A stretch of 64,000 bases of DNA, taken from contig JBBAKF010000004.1 in assembly GCA_040403635.1 (NCBI GenBank), positions 6,565 to 70,564 of the forward strand, written 5' to 3'. The stretch is from Polynucleobacter sp. (GTDB taxonomy: Bacteria > Pseudomonadota > Gammaproteobacteria > Burkholderiales > Burkholderiaceae). The notes beneath the pieces were generated by a model. The model did not search any database and was not told where the DNA came from. It was given only the letters and a program-made list of their open reading frames with translations. Of the stretch, positions 10,834 to 24,004 are shown in pieces; within the stretch, counting starts at the first letter, position 1, and each line of letters starts with the position of its first letter. The translations under genes and the position numbers were made by a program.

Positions 10834-10897
10834 GGGTATGTGTCATTCCATTGTTGTTTTACAAACAGAGGAAGAACATCACTGGAATGGCATGCCC
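10834..10897 (+). promoter_or_regulatory. Long stem-loop in the pnp 5' leader, candidate RNase III-type autoregulatory element
   Basis: TGTCATTCCA (10841-10850) pairs with TGGAATGGCA (10883-10892), extendable with imperfect pairing on both sides. Confidence 0.55.
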
Positions 10898-11012
10898 TTT
10901 CTTGTTCATTTCAAACATAAATCTCACGCTATATTGTTCGAGGGAATTAAATCACCGTCGATTAGGGACGCAATGATATTTTGCGTCTATTGTTAATGAA
11001 TTGGAGAAAAAG

Positions 11013-13199
11013 ATGAGTATGTTTAATAAAGTAACAAAAACGTTTCAATGGGGTAAGCACACTGTAACCATGGAAACTGGAGAGATCGCTAGACAATCTG
11101 GTGGTGCTGTGATGGTTGATGTAGATGATACGGTCATTTTGGCAACTGTAGTTGCAGCTAAAAACGCTAAACCTGGACAAGATTTTTTCCCCTTGACAGT
11201 TGATTATGTTGAAAAAACATATGCTGCGGGAAAAATACCTGGTGGTTTTTTTCGTCGTGAAGGACGCCCATCTGAAGGTGAGACACTCACTTCAAGATTG
11301 ATTGATCGTCCGATTCGTCCATTATTTCCTGAAGATTTTTACAATGAGGTGCAGATTGTCATTCATGTGATGTCGATCAATCCTGAAGTGCCTGCCGATA
11401 TTCCTGCATTAATAGGTGCTTCTGCAGCACTTGCGATTTCAGGAATTCCTTTCCATGGACCAATGGGTGCGGCGCGTGTAGGTTACAAAGATGGTGAGTA
11501 CATACTCAATCCTACACGTTCAGAGCAGTTAGAGAGTCAATTAGATTTAATTGTTGCTGGTACACAAAATGCCGTTTTGATGGTTGAGTCCGAAGCCCAT
11601 GAGCTATCAGAAGAGATTATGTTGGGTGGAATTGTTTATGGTCATGACCAAGCGAAAATTGCTATTGATGCGATTCAAGACTTAGTGCGTGATGCAGGTA
11701 AACCAGAGTGGGATTGGAAGCCGGCACCTAAAAATGAAGAACTCATTGCTAAGGTGACTGCACTTGCTGAGGAAGGTCTTCGTGCTGCTTATCAAATTCG
11801 TCAAAAACAAGCTCGCTCAACAGAATTAAAACAAGTAACTGCTAAAGTGCTTGAGCAACTTGCTGCTGATGGTGACGTTGATGATGTTGCTGTCGGGAAC
11901 ATTCTGTTTGGCTTAGAGTCCAAAATTGTGCGTAGTCAAGTATTAAGTGGTGAGCCACGGATTGATGGTCGTGATACAAGAACAGTGCGTCCGATTGAGA
12001 TTCGTACAGGTGTATTACCGCGTACGCACGGATCTGCTTTATTTACACGAGGTGAAACGCAAGCCTTAGTTGTCGCAACATTGGGTACTGCTAGAGATGA
12101 ACAAATTATTGATGCTCTCGAAGGCGAATATCGTGACAGCTTCATGTTCCACTACAACATGCCTCCATTTGCGACAGGTGAAACAGGTCGCGTTGGAAGT
12201 CCAAAGCGCCGTGAAATTGGTCATGGAAGATTGGCAAAGCGTGCTTTAGTTCCTGTATTGCCAAAATCTGAAGACTTTGCTTATAGTATTCGTTTGGTAT
12301 CCGAGATCACAGAATCGAATGGTTCATCCTCCATGGCATCAGTTTGTGGTGGATGTTTAGCACTGATGGATGCTGGTGTACCGATTAAGGCGCATGTAGC
12401 TGGTGTGGCGATGGGACTGATCCTCGATGGTAATCGTTTTGCTGTGCTTACTGATATTCTTGGTGATGAAGACCACCTTGGTGATATGGACTTTAAGGTG
12501 GCTGGAACTGCGAATGGCGTCACAGCATTGCAGATGGACATCAAGGTCCAGGGCATTACAAAAGAGATTATGCAAGTAGCTTTAGCGCAGGCTCAAGAAG
12601 GACGTTTACATATCTTGTCAAAAATGCAAGAGTCCATGTCGACTGTTCGTACAGAGTTATCTGAACATGCACCAAGAATGGTGACGATCAAGATTCATCC
12701 AGACAAGATTCGTGAAGTCATTGGTAAGGGCGGAGCGACGATTCAAGCACTGACAAAAGAGACTGGATGCAGTATTGACATTAAAGATGATGGTACGGTA
12801 ACGATTGCATCGACAAGTGCTACTGGCATGGAAGAAGCTAAGCGCCAAATTGAAGGTATTACTGCAGAAGCCGAAGTAGGTAAGATTTATGAAGGTCCTG
12901 TTGTAAAGATTTTAGAGTTTGGTGCACTAGTCAATATTTTGCCGGGTAAAGATGGTTTGTTACATATATCTGAAATCGCGCACGAGCGGGTCAAGGAAGT
13001 AAAAGACTTTTTAAATGAAGGTCAGATCGTAAAAGTCAAATTATTGGCTGCTGATGAGCGTGGGCGCTTAAAACTATCTATGAAGGCTATTTCGCCAGAA
13101 GAAGGTGGACCAGTACCTCCAGTTGCACAGCAAGCTCCTCAGGTCACTGAAGAAATTGCTCCTGCAATCGTTGAAGTGCCACCGGCTACTGAACAATAA
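11013..13199 (+). CDS. pnp: Polyribonucleotide nucleotidyltransferase (PNPase)
   Basis: 'FFPLTVDY', 'RSIDR'-like '[10 protein letters not shown]', 'RREIGHG', 'SNGSSS', 'GDMDFKVAG', plus KH and S1 domains. GGAG at 11003-11006 favours ATG 11013. Confidence 0.97.
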   Translation: MSMFNKVTKTFQWGKHTVTMETGEIARQSGGAVMVDVDDTVILATVVAAKNAKPGQDFFPLTVDYVEKTYAAGKIPGGFFRREGRPSEGETLTSRLIDRPIRPLFPEDFYNEVQIVIHVMSINPEVPADIPALIGASAALAISGIPFHGPMGAARVGYKDGEYILNPTRSEQLESQLDLIVAGTQNAVLMVESEAHELSEEIMLGGIVYGHDQAKIAIDAIQDLVRDAGKPEWDWKPAPKNEELIAKVTALAEEGLRAAYQIRQKQARSTELKQVTAKVLEQLAADGDVDDVAVGNILFGLESKIVRSQVLSGEPRIDGRDTRTVRPIEIRTGVLPRTHGSALFTRGETQALVVATLGTARDEQIIDALEGEYRDSFMFHYNMPPFATGETGRVGSPKRREIGHGRLAKRALVPVLPKSEDFAYSIRLVSEITESNGSSSMASVCGGCLALMDAGVPIKAHVAGVAMGLILDGNRFAVLTDILGDEDHLGDMDFKVAGTANGVTALQMDIKVQGITKEIMQVALAQAQEGRLHILSKMQESMSTVRTELSEHAPRMVTIKIHPDKIREVIGKGGATIQALTKETGCSIDIKDDGTVTIASTSATGMEEAKRQIEGITAEAEVGKIYEGPVVKILEFGALVNILPGKDGLLHISEIAHERVKEVKDFLNEGQIVKVKLLAADERGRLKLSMKAISPEEGGPVPPVAQQAPQVTEEIAPAIVEVPPATEQ

Positions 13200-13213
13200 T
13201 AGATGTTGCCCAG

Positions 13214-13966
13214 ATGCGCTCCACACTCTTCATCGCTAATTGGAAATTAAATGGTCATTGGTCATTTAATGAAGAGTATGCAAGCGCATTTTCAGAGGGG
13301 TTAAAAGGAGTTGAGTTAGTCAATCGTCAGATTGTGATTTGTCCACCGAGTATTTATTTACAACAAATGAATGGCTTGTTATTAGATCAAGTCATTTATT
13401 TAGGCGGGCAAGATCTTTCTGATGAGATTTCAGGGCCCTTTACTGGTGAGATATCTGGCGCGATGCTCAAGGAGCTAGGATGTCAGTATGTTTTGGTAGG
13501 GCATTCTGAAAGACGGATGCGACATCAGGAGTCGAATGATCTTGTTGTTAAGAAAGCCGGAGTCGCAATATCGTCGGGGTTAAAGCCTGTGATCTGTGTT
13601 GGCGAAACTTTGGCACAGCGTCAAAGTGGGCAAATGGCGCAAGTTTTAACAGAGCAGGTAGAAGTCATATTGAGGGGCTTGGATCAGCAACTTGATCAAA
13701 TTGTGTTGGCATATGAACCGATTTGGGCAATAGGAACTGGTCAGACTGCCTCAGCGCAGCAAGCACAAGAAGTACATGCCTTAATAAGAGGAATCATAGA
13801 AAAAAAAGATCCAATGATTGCTCAGAATTTATGCATTATTTATGGGGGTAGTGTGAAGTCTAATAATGCGAGTGAGTTATTAAAGATGTCGGATATCGAC
13901 GGTTTATTAGTTGGTGGAGCCTCATTAGCGGCTTCGGAATTTTTATCAATTTGTACAGCAAATTAA
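13214..13966 (+). CDS. tpiA: Triosephosphate isomerase
   Basis: 'ANWK', 'GHSERR', 'AYEPIWAIGTG', 'YGGSV', 'LVGGASL'. Confidence 0.96.
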   Translation: MRSTLFIANWKLNGHWSFNEEYASAFSEGLKGVELVNRQIVICPPSIYLQQMNGLLLDQVIYLGGQDLSDEISGPFTGEISGAMLKELGCQYVLVGHSERRMRHQESNDLVVKKAGVAISSGLKPVICVGETLAQRQSGQMAQVLTEQVEVILRGLDQQLDQIVLAYEPIWAIGTGQTASAQQAQEVHALIRGIIEKKDPMIAQNLCIIYGGSVKSNNASELLKMSDIDGLLVGGASLAASEFLSICTAN

Positions 13967-13990
13967 GTAACGTAGGAGAGGTATACAACG

Positions 13991-14353
13991 ATGGAATGGT
14001 TAAAAACTTTATTAATGGTTGTTCAAATTATTTCCGCTATTGGGGTAATTGGACTTGTCTTAGTGCAACAAGGCAAGGGCGCTGATATGGGTGCAGCTTT
14101 TGGTTCTGGAGCATCTGGGAGTATTTTTGGTGCGACAGGCTCCTCTAACTTCCTATCGAGGACGACAGGCGTACTTGCAGCGACATTTTTCTTATCAACA
14201 CTGATGATCAGTTATGTTGGTACAAAATATGAGAATGATGCTGGCGTACTATCAAAGCCATCAACAGTCAGTGCTCCAGATCAACCTAACAATGATCCTG
14301 CGAAAGTGACGAAAGAAGTTGACTCTAACGTAGGGTCTTCCGTACCGAAATAA
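13991..14353 (+). CDS. secG: Preprotein translocase subunit SecG
   Basis: 'VLVQQGKGADMGAAFGSGASGSIFG..GSSNFLSRTT' with two TM helices. Confidence 0.95.
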   Translation: MEWLKTLLMVVQIISAIGVIGLVLVQQGKGADMGAAFGSGASGSIFGATGSSNFLSRTTGVLAATFFLSTLMISYVGTKYENDAGVLSKPSTVSAPDQPNNDPAKVTKEVDSNVGSSVPK

Positions 14354-14374
14354 GTCGCAAGTCGATAAATATTT

Positions 14375-14403
14375 TTGCCCTAGAGCAACAAAAGGGCTAA
14401 AAT
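14375..14403 (+). promoter_or_regulatory. Putative sigma70 promoter for tRNA-Leu
   Basis: TTGCCC, 17-bp spacer, TAAAAT, ending 19 bp before the tRNA. Confidence 0.55.
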
Positions 14404-14422
14404 AACACCTTGTTTTGCAAAT

Positions 14423-14508
14423 GCCGTCGTGGTGGAATTGGTAGACACGCTATCTTGAGGGGGTAGTGGCCATAGGCTGTGCGAGTTCGAGTCTCGCCGA
14501 CGGCACCA
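14423..14508 (+). tRNA. tRNA-Leu(GAG)
   Basis: Acceptor stem GCCGTCG/CGACGGC plus ACCA, D-loop with GGTAGA, anticodon arm CTATC-TTGAGGG-GGTAG, long variable arm, T-arm GCGAG-TTCGAGT-CTCGC. Confidence 0.97.
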
Positions 14509-14592
14509 AGTTTTTTTTTGTCATCAAATATGTTCTACAATCTTACTTGTGAATGTGTAATTTTTTTGACATAAATAAACTTTGGAACAAAA

Positions 14593-14952
14593 TTGAATCT
14601 AGGTAATTATCTTCCGGTCTTTTTATTTATATTGGTAGGTATAGGAGTGGGCCTAGTCCCAATGGCTTTGGGTAAATTATTAGGCCCATCTAATCCTGAC
14701 CCAGAAAAAATCTCTCCTTACGAGTGCGGCTTTGATGCATTCGAAGATGCACGGATGAAATTTGACGTGCGCTATTACCTTGTTGCTATCTTATTTATTC
14801 TCTTTGATTTAGAGACCGCGTTCTTATTTCCCTGGGGAGTAGCCCTTAAAGAAATTGGTTGGGCTGGTTATTTATCAATGATTATTTTTCTGTTGGAGTT
14901 TGTTGTTGGATTTGTATATATCTGGAAAAAGGGTGCTCTTGACTGGGAATAG
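14593..14952 (+). CDS. nuoA: NADH-quinone oxidoreductase subunit A
   Basis: 'PYECGF', '[18 protein letters not shown]', 'WKKGALDWE'. TTG start. Confidence 0.96.
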   Translation: MNLGNYLPVFLFILVGIGVGLVPMALGKLLGPSNPDPEKISPYECGFDAFEDARMKFDVRYYLVAILFILFDLETAFLFPWGVALKEIGWAGYLSMIIFLLEFVVGFVYIWKKGALDWE

Positions 14953-14974
14953 TTAAGGGCTCATAAAAATACTT

Positions 14975-15457
14975 ATGGCGCTAGAAGGTTTATTAAAAGA
15001 AGGCTTTGTCACGATGTCAGCGGATAAGCTGATCAATTGGACACGAACGGGTTCATTATGGCCAATGACATTTGGGCTGGCCTGTTGCGCTGTTGAAATG
15101 ATGCATGCTGGCGCTGCAAGGTATGACTTGGACCGTTTTGGGGTCGTATTTAGGCCATCACCACGCCAATCAGACCTGATGATTGTTGCAGGAACCTTAT
15201 GTAACAAAATGGCTCCAGCCCTGCGTAAAGTGTATGACCAAATGCCTGAGCCTCGCTGGGTATTATCGATGGGATCATGTGCCAACGGCGGTGGTTATTA
15301 CCATTATTCTTATTCTGTTGTCAGGGGCTGTGACCGGATTGTGCCTGTTGATGTCTATGTGCCTGGTTGTCCACCAACTGCAGAGGCTCTCATGTACGGC
15401 ATTATTCAGTTACAAGCGAAAATCCGCCGTACATCTACTATTGCTCGGAAAGAATAA
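14975..15457 (+). CDS. nuoB: NADH-quinone oxidoreductase subunit B
   Basis: '[10 protein letters not shown]', 'SPRQSD', 'GSCA', 'PGCPP'. Confidence 0.97.
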   Translation: MALEGLLKEGFVTMSADKLINWTRTGSLWPMTFGLACCAVEMMHAGAARYDLDRFGVVFRPSPRQSDLMIVAGTLCNKMAPALRKVYDQMPEPRWVLSMGSCANGGGYYHYSYSVVRGCDRIVPVDVYVPGCPPTAEALMYGIIQLQAKIRRTSTIARKE

Positions 15458-15463
15458 TTTCCT

Positions 15464-16057
15464 ATGATGAATGATCGACTGATCCAATTACAAAAGCATT
15501 TAGAAAAATCTTTTGGTGCAACAGCCAAGTTTGAAGCTCGGCTTAACGAAGTAACAATGACAATACCGGCTGAGCATTATTTAGAAACAGCAGAAAAATT
15601 AAGGGCAGATCCTACATTTGCGTTTGAGCAGTTAATGGATTTATGTGGGGTGGATTATCAATCTTATGGCGATACTCCATGGAACGGCTTGCGCTTTGGG
15701 GTGGTATCGCACCTACTGTCGGTTAGCCAAAACTGGCGCCTGCGACTGATTGTCCTTGTACCGAATGATGATTTTCCTGTGATTCCTAGTCTGACAGGTG
15801 TTTGGAGTTCCGCTAATTGGTATGAGCGTGAGGCCTTTGACCTCTTTGGAATCATTTTCGAAGGGCATGATGATTTGCGAAGAATTTTGACCGATTATGG
15901 ATTTATTGGCCATCCTTTCAGAAAAGATTTTCCAGTATCTGGTCAAGTGGAAATGCGTTATGACCCAGAACAAAAGCGCGTGATTTATCAGGCAGTAACT
16001 ATTGAGCCGCGTGAAGTCACGCCACGGATCATACGTGAAGAAAGTTACGGGGCTTGA
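15464..16057 (+). CDS. nuoC: NADH-quinone oxidoreductase subunit C
   Basis: '[35 protein letters not shown]'. Confidence 0.96.
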   Translation: MMNDRLIQLQKHLEKSFGATAKFEARLNEVTMTIPAEHYLETAEKLRADPTFAFEQLMDLCGVDYQSYGDTPWNGLRFGVVSHLLSVSQNWRLRLIVLVPNDDFPVIPSLTGVWSSANWYEREAFDLFGIIFEGHDDLRRILTDYGFIGHPFRKDFPVSGQVEMRYDPEQKRVIYQAVTIEPREVTPRIIREESYGA

Positions 16058-16058
16058 G

Positions 16059-17312
16059 ATGGCAGAAATCAAAAATTACACACTGAATTTTGGCCCACAA
16101 CACCCAGCAGCACACGGGGTATTGCGCTTGGTCTTGGAATTAGACGGTGAAGTCATTCAGCGTGCTGATCCACACATTGGCTTATTACATAGAGCCACAG
16201 AAAAATTGGCAGAAACCAGAACTTGGATACAAAACGTTCCGTATATGGATCGTTTGGATTATGTATCGATGATGGCAAATGAGCATGCCTATGTCATGGC
16301 CATTGAAAAATTACTCCAAATTGAAGTTCCAGAGCGTGCGCAGTATATCCGTGTCATGTTCGATGAAATCACACGTTTGCTGAACCACTTGTTGTGGATT
16401 GGTTGTCACGGTCTAGACGTTGGCGCTATGGCGGTTTTCCTTTACGCATTTAGAGAGCGCGAAGATTTATTTGACATGTATGAGGCGGTATCTGGTGCAC
16501 GGATGCATGCAGCTTACTATCGTCCTGGTGGCGTGTATCGTGACTTGCCGGAGCAGATGCCACAATATACAGCGAATAAAATTCGTGGTGAAAAAGCCAT
16601 TAAAAAAATTAATGAAAACCGTACCGGCTCCTTATTAGACTTTATTGAAGATTTTACGAATCGTTTTCCAAAATATGTAGATGAGTATGAGACTTTGCTC
16701 ACGGATAACCGTATTTGGAAACAGCGTTTAGTGGGTATTGGCGTGGTTACACCAGAGCGTGCGCTCCAGTTAGGATTTACGGGCGCGATGCTACGTGGAT
16801 CAGGAATTGAATGGGATTTGCGTAAAAAACAGCCTTATGAAGTCTATGACAAGCTCAAGTTTGATATTCCGGTGGGAGTCAATGGAGATAGTTACGACCG
16901 TTATTTAGTGCGCGTTGAAGAAATGCGTCAATCCAATAACATCATTAAGCAATGTATTTCTTGGTTGCGTGCTAACCCAGGTCCAGTCATTAGTGATAAC
17001 CACAAGGTGGCTGTTCCAAATCGTGTGGATATGAAATCTAATATGGAAGAACTGATCCACCACTTTAAATTATTTACTGAGGGTATCCATGTGCCACCAG
17101 GTCAGGCTTATGCAGCTATTGAGCATCCCAAGGGGGAGTTTGGTATTTATGCGATTTCTGATGGTGCCAATAAACCTTACCGTTTAAAAATTCGTGCTCC
17201 AGGATTCCCGCATTTAGCGGCACTAGATGAAATGGCTAGAGGTCATATGATTGCTGATGCAGTCACTATCATTGGCACGCAAGATATTGTATTTGGCGAA
17301 ATAGATCGTTAG
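16059..17312 (+). CDS. nuoD: NADH-quinone oxidoreductase subunit D
   Basis: '[15 protein letters not shown]', 'GLLHR..EK', 'RLDY', 'E.PKGE', 'VFGEIDR'. Start set at ATG 16059. Confidence 0.97.
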   Translation: MAEIKNYTLNFGPQHPAAHGVLRLVLELDGEVIQRADPHIGLLHRATEKLAETRTWIQNVPYMDRLDYVSMMANEHAYVMAIEKLLQIEVPERAQYIRVMFDEITRLLNHLLWIGCHGLDVGAMAVFLYAFREREDLFDMYEAVSGARMHAAYYRPGGVYRDLPEQMPQYTANKIRGEKAIKKINENRTGSLLDFIEDFTNRFPKYVDEYETLLTDNRIWKQRLVGIGVVTPERALQLGFTGAMLRGSGIEWDLRKKQPYEVYDKLKFDIPVGVNGDSYDRYLVRVEEMRQSNNIIKQCISWLRANPGPVISDNHKVAVPNRVDMKSNMEELIHHFKLFTEGIHVPPGQAYAAIEHPKGEFGIYAISDGANKPYRLKIRAPGFPHLAALDEMARGHMIADAVTIIGTQDIVFGEIDR

Positions 17313-17322
17313 GAAAAATGAG

Positions 17323-17817
17323 ATGCTGTCGGAAAAGTCATTAAAAGAAATCGCGCGTAATGTTGCAAAATATCCAGCTGATCAAAAGCAATCCGCAGTG
17401 ATGGCAGCACTTGCAGTGGCGCAAGATGAGTATGGCTGGTTAACTGCAGAAGCAATCGCCGAAGTTGCCACGATATTAGACATGCCCCCAATTTGGGTCC
17501 AAGAGGTAGCTACGTTTTATAACATGTACAACACAGTACAAACTGGTAAATTTAAATTAGCGGTTTGCACTAATTTACCTTGTGAATTATCTGGCGGAAA
17601 AAGAGCCGCTGAATACATCAAGCAAAAGTTAAGCATTGATTTTGGGCAAACGACTGCCTGCGGCACTTTTACACTTGTTGAAGGTGAGTGTATGGGAGCA
17701 TGTGGTGATGCGCCTGTAACGCTTGTGAATAATAAAAGAATGTGTAGTTGGATGACTAATGAAAAGATTGATGCTTTGCTAGAAGAGTTATCTGCTGATG
17801 CGAAAGTGACGGGATAA
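17323..17817 (+). CDS. nuoE: NADH-quinone oxidoreductase subunit E
   Basis: 2Fe-2S ligands 'CTNLPC' and 'ECMGAC'. Confidence 0.95.
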   Translation: MLSEKSLKEIARNVAKYPADQKQSAVMAALAVAQDEYGWLTAEAIAEVATILDMPPIWVQEVATFYNMYNTVQTGKFKLAVCTNLPCELSGGKRAAEYIKQKLSIDFGQTTACGTFTLVEGECMGACGDAPVTLVNNKRMCSWMTNEKIDALLEELSADAKVTG

Positions 17818-17821
17818 AGCC

Positions 17822-19117
17822 ATGACTTCATTACACGATTTACATATTAATCCTCTAATTTTGGCCAATCTCAATGGCTCAAATTGGCACTTGCAAGATT
17901 ACGTTGCTCGGGGAGGATATTCTGCACTGCGCAAGATATTGGATGAGAAGATACCTCAAGATCAAGTTATCGCAACAGTTAAGGCCTCCGGACTTAGGGG
18001 GCGTGGCGGTGCGGGTTTTCCGACTGGCCTGAAATGGAGCTTTATGCCACGGCAGTTGCCAGGCGATAAGTATTTAGTGTGTAATTCGGATGAGGGTGAG
18101 CCTGGAACTTTTAAGGATCGGGATATTTTGCGCTACAACCCACATGCCCTGATTGAAGGCATGACCATAGCTGCATATGCTATGGGTATACCTGTTGGAT
18201 ATAACTATATTCATGGCGAGATTTGGAATGAATATGAAGTCTTCGAAAACGCGCTTGAAGAGGCGAGAGCAGCTGGGTTTTTAGGCGACAAAATTATGGG
18301 TTCGGAGTTCTCCTTTCAATTACATGCGCATCATGGATATGGCGCCTATATTTGTGGTGAAGAAACTGCCTTACTAGAATCGCTGGAAGGGAAAAAAGGG
18401 CAGCCACGTTTTAAGCCACCGTTTCCAGCAAGTTTTGGTTTGTATGGCAAGCCAACGACAATTAACAATACAGAAACTTTTGCAGCCGTGCCTTTCATCT
18501 TTGGAATTGGCGCGGATAACTACGCCAAATTAGGTAAACCCAACAATGGTGGGACGAAGATCTTCTCCATATCTGGAGATGTTGTTAGACCGGGTAACTA
18601 TGAAATTCCGCTAGGGACTTCCTTTGCAAAATTATTAGAGTTAGCCGGCGGTATGCGTGACGGTAAAAAAATTAAAGCGGTGATTCCAGGTGGATCATCT
18701 GCGCCGGTCATACCGGGTGAGATGATGTTGGCAACGGATATGGATTACGACAGTATTGCCAAAGCAGGTTCCATGCTTGGGTCTGGCGCTGTGATTGTGA
18801 TGGACGAGACACGATGCATGGTGAAGTCATTACTGCGCCTGTCCTATTTTTATCATGAAGAGTCCTGTGGACAATGTACACCTTGCCGTGAGGGCACTGG
18901 GTGGTTATGGCGAATGGTTAATCGGATTGAGCATGGGCAAGGTCGACCAGAAGATTTAGATTTACTCAATGATGTGGCGGGTAACATCATGGGCAGAACA
19001 ATTTGCGCTCTGGGTGATGCTGCAGCAATGCCTGTCCGAGGCATGCTCAAGCACTATATGCCGGAGTTTGTATATCACGTCGAGAACAAACGCTGTTTAG
19101 TTCCGCAATATGTTTAA
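17822..19117 (+). CDS. nuoF: NADH-quinone oxidoreductase subunit F
   Basis: 'GRGGAGF', 'DEGEPG', '[11 protein letters not shown]', '[12 protein letters not shown]'. Confidence 0.97.
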   Translation: MTSLHDLHINPLILANLNGSNWHLQDYVARGGYSALRKILDEKIPQDQVIATVKASGLRGRGGAGFPTGLKWSFMPRQLPGDKYLVCNSDEGEPGTFKDRDILRYNPHALIEGMTIAAYAMGIPVGYNYIHGEIWNEYEVFENALEEARAAGFLGDKIMGSEFSFQLHAHHGYGAYICGEETALLESLEGKKGQPRFKPPFPASFGLYGKPTTINNTETFAAVPFIFGIGADNYAKLGKPNNGGTKIFSISGDVVRPGNYEIPLGTSFAKLLELAGGMRDGKKIKAVIPGGSSAPVIPGEMMLATDMDYDSIAKAGSMLGSGAVIVMDETRCMVKSLLRLSYFYHEESCGQCTPCREGTGWLWRMVNRIEHGQGRPEDLDLLNDVAGNIMGRTICALGDAAAMPVRGMLKHYMPEFVYHVENKRCLVPQYV

Positions 19118-19145
19118 TGAATAAAGATCAAAGCGAGTAATCAGA

Positions 19146-21455
19146 ATGGTTGAAATTGAGATTGATGGCAAATTAGTCGAAGTCAAAGAAGGCTCAACGG
19201 TCATTCAAGCCGCGCAAAGTATTGGCACGTATATTCCTCATTTTTGTTATCACAAGAAATTATCGATAGCGGCGAATTGCAGAATGTGTTTAGTAGAAGT
19301 TGAAAAGGCACCTAAACCAGTCCCTGCGTGTGCTACCCCAGTCAATAAGGGGATGAAGATTTTTACCCGCTCTGAAAAGGCCATCAATGCGCAAAAGTCA
19401 GTGATGGAATTTTTGCTCATTAACCACCCACTGGATTGTCCAATTTGTGATCAGGGTGGCGAGTGTCAATTACAAGATTTGACGATGGGTTATGGTAAAT
19501 CAAGCTCTCGGTACCAAGAAGAAAAAAGAGTGGTGTTTCATAAAAATGTTGGACCGCTGATTTCGATGGAAGAAATGAGCCGTTGTATTCACTGCACACG
19601 CTGTGTTCGCTTTGGTCAAGAAATTGCTGGCGTCATGGAGTTAGGTATGTTGGGGCGTGGAGAGCATTCGGAAATCACATCGTTTGTAGGACAAACTGTG
19701 GATTCAGAGATGTCGGGCAATATGATTGATATTTGTCCGGTTGGTGCGCTCACCAGTAAGCCATTTAGATACGCAGCTAGAACATGGGAACTTGGCAGAA
19801 AAAAATCTTTAAGTCCTCATGATGCGATGGGCAGTAATACGGTCTTGCAGACAAAAGGTGAGCGTGTCATGCGCGTAGTGCCTTTGGAGAATGAAGCGAT
19901 TAACGAATGTTGGATTTCTGATAAGGACCGCTTTGCATACGAAGGATTAAATAGTGAAGATCGATTAGAGCAACCGCTGATTAAACAAAATGGCGAGTGG
20001 ATAGAAACTGATTGGCAAACTGCTCTTGAATATGTGGCTAGTGGTTTGTCAGGGGTAAAGGCAGACCATGGTGCAAAAGCTATTGCAGCGATTGCTCATC
20101 CCATGAGTTCTGTTGAAGAACTCTATTTGCTAAACAAACTCATCAAAGAATTAGGTTCGCAGGATATAGAAACACGTCTGCGTCAAATTGACCCAACAAA
20201 TGACATTTCAACCCCTTGGTTAGGTCGCCCGATTGCTGAACTTGAAAAATTACACAGGGCTTTAGTGATTGGTAGTTTCTTACGCAAAGATCACCCATTA
20301 ATTGCAACGCGCCTACGTAGGGCAACTAAAGCGGGTTTACAGGTGATGAGAATTGATACGGGTGCAGATGACTGGTTAATGCCTGCTAGGTCGATGACGC
20401 TTGCACCATCAAAGTGGTTATCTGCATTGCAGGCGATTGCGCTTGAAGTTGCTAACGCTAAATCAATTCCAGCACCTTTGAATATTTCTCACAGCGATGC
20501 ACAAGCAAAAGTATTTGCGCAAGCTTTATTAAGTGGTGAGCAAAAATCGATTTTCATTGGTAATACGGCTTTAGCGCATCCACAAGCAACTCAAATCGTG
20601 GCATGGGCACAGTGGATTGCCGATCAAACGGGAGCTACCTTAGGATTTCTAGGTGAGGGGGCGAATTTTGTCGGGGCCAAATTGATTGGCGCTGTGAACA
20701 AGGGTATTCAGTCGATTCTAGATGGCTCTAAAAAAGCAGTCGTTTTATATCAAGTGGAACCCACCATGGATTTAGCAAATCCCGCAATGGCAAAAGAAGC
20801 TTTACTACAAGCACAGACGGTTATTGCTATCAGTTCGTTCATATCTGACGATTTACTGGATCTGGCCGACGTCATTTTGCCGATTACACCATACTCTGAG
20901 CAAGCGGGAACTTACATCAATATAGTCGGAGACGTACAAACTGTACAAGCTTCCGTAAGACCATTTGGTCAAGCACGCCCAGGTTGGAAAGTTTTGCGCG
21001 TTTTAGGGGACTTGCTCAAATTAGATGGATTCCATTTCAATGCGGTTGATGAAGTGATGAATTCGGCTTTAGGTGGACTTGATATTCCAGCAGCTTTATC
21101 GAATAGAACACAAGTTGGTCTTGAGCAGGGTCAATCATTTAGCAGCGCTGGCGTAGAACGTGTGGCAGATTTACCGATTTACTTTACGGATGCGATTGTG
21201 CGTAGAGCACAGTCACTCCATTTAACTGTAGACAGCAAAAATGCCATGAAAGCAGGACTCTCACCTGAACTGTTTGCGCAGTTTGGTCTTAAAGAAGGTG
21301 ATGCCATCAAAGTCACGCAAGGAAATCACTCTGTTGTTATGCCCGCGACTTTACAAAAAGGTCTGGCCTCTGGGGTGGTTAGAATTGCATCGGGCACACC
21401 TGTAAGTGCAGAGCTTGGAAGTTCTTTTGGTGAATTAATCGTGGAGCGTGCTTGA
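19146..21455 (+). CDS. nuoG: NADH-quinone oxidoreductase subunit G
   Basis: 'HFCYH', 'CRMCLV', '[17 protein letters not shown]', 'CIHCTRC', 'CPVGAL'. Confidence 0.97.
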   Translation: MVEIEIDGKLVEVKEGSTVIQAAQSIGTYIPHFCYHKKLSIAANCRMCLVEVEKAPKPVPACATPVNKGMKIFTRSEKAINAQKSVMEFLLINHPLDCPICDQGGECQLQDLTMGYGKSSSRYQEEKRVVFHKNVGPLISMEEMSRCIHCTRCVRFGQEIAGVMELGMLGRGEHSEITSFVGQTVDSEMSGNMIDICPVGALTSKPFRYAARTWELGRKKSLSPHDAMGSNTVLQTKGERVMRVVPLENEAINECWISDKDRFAYEGLNSEDRLEQPLIKQNGEWIETDWQTALEYVASGLSGVKADHGAKAIAAIAHPMSSVEELYLLNKLIKELGSQDIETRLRQIDPTNDISTPWLGRPIAELEKLHRALVIGSFLRKDHPLIATRLRRATKAGLQVMRIDTGADDWLMPARSMTLAPSKWLSALQAIALEVANAKSIPAPLNISHSDAQAKVFAQALLSGEQKSIFIGNTALAHPQATQIVAWAQWIADQTGATLGFLGEGANFVGAKLIGAVNKGIQSILDGSKKAVVLYQVEPTMDLANPAMAKEALLQAQTVIAISSFISDDLLDLADVILPITPYSEQAGTYINIVGDVQTVQASVRPFGQARPGWKVLRVLGDLLKLDGFHFNAVDEVMNSALGGLDIPAALSNRTQVGLEQGQSFSSAGVERVADLPIYFTDAIVRRAQSLHLTVDSKNAMKAGLSPELFAQFGLKEGDAIKVTQGNHSVVMPATLQKGLASGVVRIASGTPVSAELGSSFGELIVERA

Positions 21456-22521
21456 AATGATTGAAACCATAACCACTCAAGGTGAAGCTACATTTGGTCA
21501 AGCATGGCCATTGATTTGGGCACTTTTACGCATCGTTGTTATTGTTCTGCCGATGTTTGCTTGCGTGGCCTATCTCACCCTATGGGAACGTAAACTGATT
21601 GGCTGGATGCACACGCGTATGGGTCCAAATCGCGTAGGACCTTTGGGACTATTACAACCAATCGCAGACGCGTTAAAGTTACTTTTAAAAGAAATTATTC
21701 AGCCCATCAGAGCAAATAAGTTGCTCTATATTGTTGGTCCTGTCATGGTGATTGCACCAGCTTTTGCCGCGTGGGCCGTGGTTCCTTTTCAGGATGGTAT
21801 GGTGCTTGCAGATGTTAACGCAGGATTGCTTTACGTCATGGCGATTACTTCGGTAGGCGTCTATGGTGTGATTCTAGCTGGTTGGGCGTCAAATTCTAAA
21901 TATGCTTTTTTAGGGGCGATGCGTGCCTCTGCGCAAATGGTTTCTTATGAAATAGCAATGGGATTTGCCCTAGTCACTGTACTCATGATTACAGGCTCTC
22001 TCAATTTAGGCGATATTGTGCGAGCACAGTCGCAAGGATACTTTGCTTCGCATGGACTGAATTTCTTATCATGGAACTGGTTACCTCTCTTACCGATGTT
22101 TGTGATTTACTTCATCTCTGGCGTGGCAGAGACAAACCGACATCCATTTGACGTCGTTGAAGGTGAGTCTGAAATTGTTGCTGGACACATGATTGAATAT
22201 TCAGGAATGGCATTTGCGATGTTCTTCCTCGCCGAATATGCCAATATGATTTTGATCACGACCATGTGCGCCACATTATTCTTGGGCGGGTGGTTACCTA
22301 TTTTAGATATACCCATATTGAGAGATATTCCAGGGTTCTTCTGGTTATTTGCAAAAACATTTATTCTCTTATCGATTTTTATCTGGTTAAGAGCTTCATT
22401 GCCTAGGTATCGTTACGACCAAATTATGCGTTTAGGCTGGAAAGTATTTATCCCGTTATCCGTTTTTTGGGTCGTTGTGGTTGGCGCATGGGTAGTATCA
22501 CCATGGAGTGTCTGGAAATAA
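21448..22521 (+). CDS. nuoH: NADH-quinone oxidoreductase subunit H
   Basis: '[22 protein letters not shown]', '[14 protein letters not shown]'. Start is GTG 21448 or ATG 21457. Confidence 0.96.
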   Translation: MLEMIETITTQGEATFGQAWPLIWALLRIVVIVLPMFACVAYLTLWERKLIGWMHTRMGPNRVGPLGLLQPIADALKLLLKEIIQPIRANKLLYIVGPVMVIAPAFAAWAVVPFQDGMVLADVNAGLLYVMAITSVGVYGVILAGWASNSKYAFLGAMRASAQMVSYEIAMGFALVTVLMITGSLNLGDIVRAQSQGYFASHGLNFLSWNWLPLLPMFVIYFISGVAETNRHPFDVVEGESEIVAGHMIEYSGMAFAMFFLAEYANMILITTMCATLFLGGWLPILDIPILRDIPGFFWLFAKTFILLSIFIWLRASLPRYRYDQIMRLGWKVFIPLSVFWVVVVGAWVVSPWSVWK

Positions 22522-22548
22522 TGAAGATCTACTTTACAGGAATTACAT

Positions 22549-23040
22549 ATGTTAAATAATGTCCGTGAATTTTTAAACAGTCTACTTCTTAAAGAAGTTT
22601 TTAAAGGCATGAGCCTGACGGGGCGTTATTTGTTTGCGCCAAAAACGACGATTCAATATCCAGAAGAAAAAACACCGATGTCCCCGCGTTTTCGGGGCTT
22701 GCATGCGCTGCGTCGATATCCAAATGGCGAAGAGCGTTGTATTGCTTGCAAAATGTGTGAAGCAGTTTGTCCTGCCATGGCGATTACGATTGAATCTGAC
22801 TTACGCGATGATGGTACAAGACGAACATCACGCTACGATATCGATTTAACTAAATGTATATTTTGTGGTTTCTGTGAAGAGGCGTGTCCGGTAGATGCGA
22901 TTGTAGAAACGCACATCCACGAATATCACGGTGAGAAACGTGGTGACTTGTACTTCACTAAAGATATGTTACTGGCGGTTGGTGATCAATTTGAAAAAGA
23001 GATAGCAGCGAACAAAACGGCAGATGCTAAGTATCGCTAA
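22549..23040 (+). CDS. nuoI: NADH-quinone oxidoreductase subunit I
   Basis: Two 4Fe-4S motifs: '[12 protein letters not shown]' and '[12 protein letters not shown]'. Confidence 0.97.
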   Translation: MLNNVREFLNSLLLKEVFKGMSLTGRYLFAPKTTIQYPEEKTPMSPRFRGLHALRRYPNGEERCIACKMCEAVCPAMAITIESDLRDDGTRRTSRYDIDLTKCIFCGFCEEACPVDAIVETHIHEYHGEKRGDLYFTKDMLLAVGDQFEKEIAANKTADAKYR

Positions 23041-23048
23041 AAATATAT

Positions 23049-23678
23049 ATGAACATTAATCCCACCTTATTATTTTTTTATGGTTTTGCCACGGTGCTTG
23101 TGTTGTCGGGACTGAAAGTCATTACTGCAAAAAATCCAGTACATGCAGCCTTATTTTTAGTATTAGCATTTTTTAATGCTGCGGGTATTTGGATGTTATT
23201 GGAAGCCGAGTTTTTATCGATTGCCCTCATCCTAGTTTATGTCGGCGCAGTGATGGTTTTGTTTTTGTTTGTGGTGATGATGTTGGATTTAGATCTTGCG
23301 CATTTACGCAGTCAATTTAAACAGTACATACCTGTAGCATCGCTTGTTGGTGCGGTGATTGTCGCAGAAATGACGGTAGTACTTGTGCGTGGATTTGTGG
23401 GTACAGTCAATCCCTTGCCTAAGAACACTCCTGAAGGTGAGAGCAACACGATGAGTCTTGGCAAGATGATTTATGGCGAGTATGTTTTTAATTTTGAGAT
23501 TGCCGGGATCATTTTATTAGTTGCGATTGTTGCAGCTGTGGCATTAACACTGCGCCGTCGTAAAGATCATAAAACACAAGATGTCGCTGCACAAATTCGT
23601 ACTAAATCGAAAGATCGCGTCAGAATTGTACCGATGGAATCTGAGAACGAAAATCGTCAGACTGGGAAAAAATCATGA
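23049..23678 (+). CDS. nuoJ: NADH-quinone oxidoreductase subunit J
   Basis: 'NPVHAALFL', '[17 protein letters not shown]'. Confidence 0.96.
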   Translation: MNINPTLLFFYGFATVLVLSGLKVITAKNPVHAALFLVLAFFNAAGIWMLLEAEFLSIALILVYVGAVMVLFLFVVMMLDLDLAHLRSQFKQYIPVASLVGAVIVAEMTVVLVRGFVGTVNPLPKNTPEGESNTMSLGKMIYGEYVFNFEIAGIILLVAIVAAVALTLRRRKDHKTQDVAAQIRTKSKDRVRIVPMESENENRQTGKKS

Positions 23679-23980
23679 TTACACTCGCCCACTATTTAGT
23701 CCTCGCTGCGATGTTATTTGCGATTGGCATTATTGGTATATTTCTGAATCGTAAAAATATCATTGTTTTGTTGATGTCAATAGAACTGATGCTACTGGCA
23801 GTAAACACCAATTTCATCGCATTTTCCCATTACTTGGGGGATATGTTAGGTCAGGTTTTTGTCTTCTTTATATTGACAGTTGCGGCAGCAGAGGCAGCTA
23901 TCGGATTAGCGATCTTAGTGATCTTATTCCGCAGTAGTGATACGGTCAGTACTGAAGATCTTGGGCAGTTAAAAGGTTAA
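23675..23980 (+). CDS. nuoK: NADH-quinone oxidoreductase subunit K
   Basis: 'LMSIELML', '[11 protein letters not shown]'. Confidence 0.96.
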   Translation: MITLAHYLVLAAMLFAIGIIGIFLNRKNIIVLLMSIELMLLAVNTNFIAFSHYLGDMLGQVFVFFILTVAAAEAAIGLAILVILFRSSDTVSTEDLGQLKG

Positions 23981-24004
23981 TAGGGCTATTCGATAGAACA
24001 CATC

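Noticed and set aside
14423-14592. tRNA-Leu as a possible integration site
   Set aside because: No integrase and no duplicated tRNA 3' end seen in the window, and nuoA follows directly.
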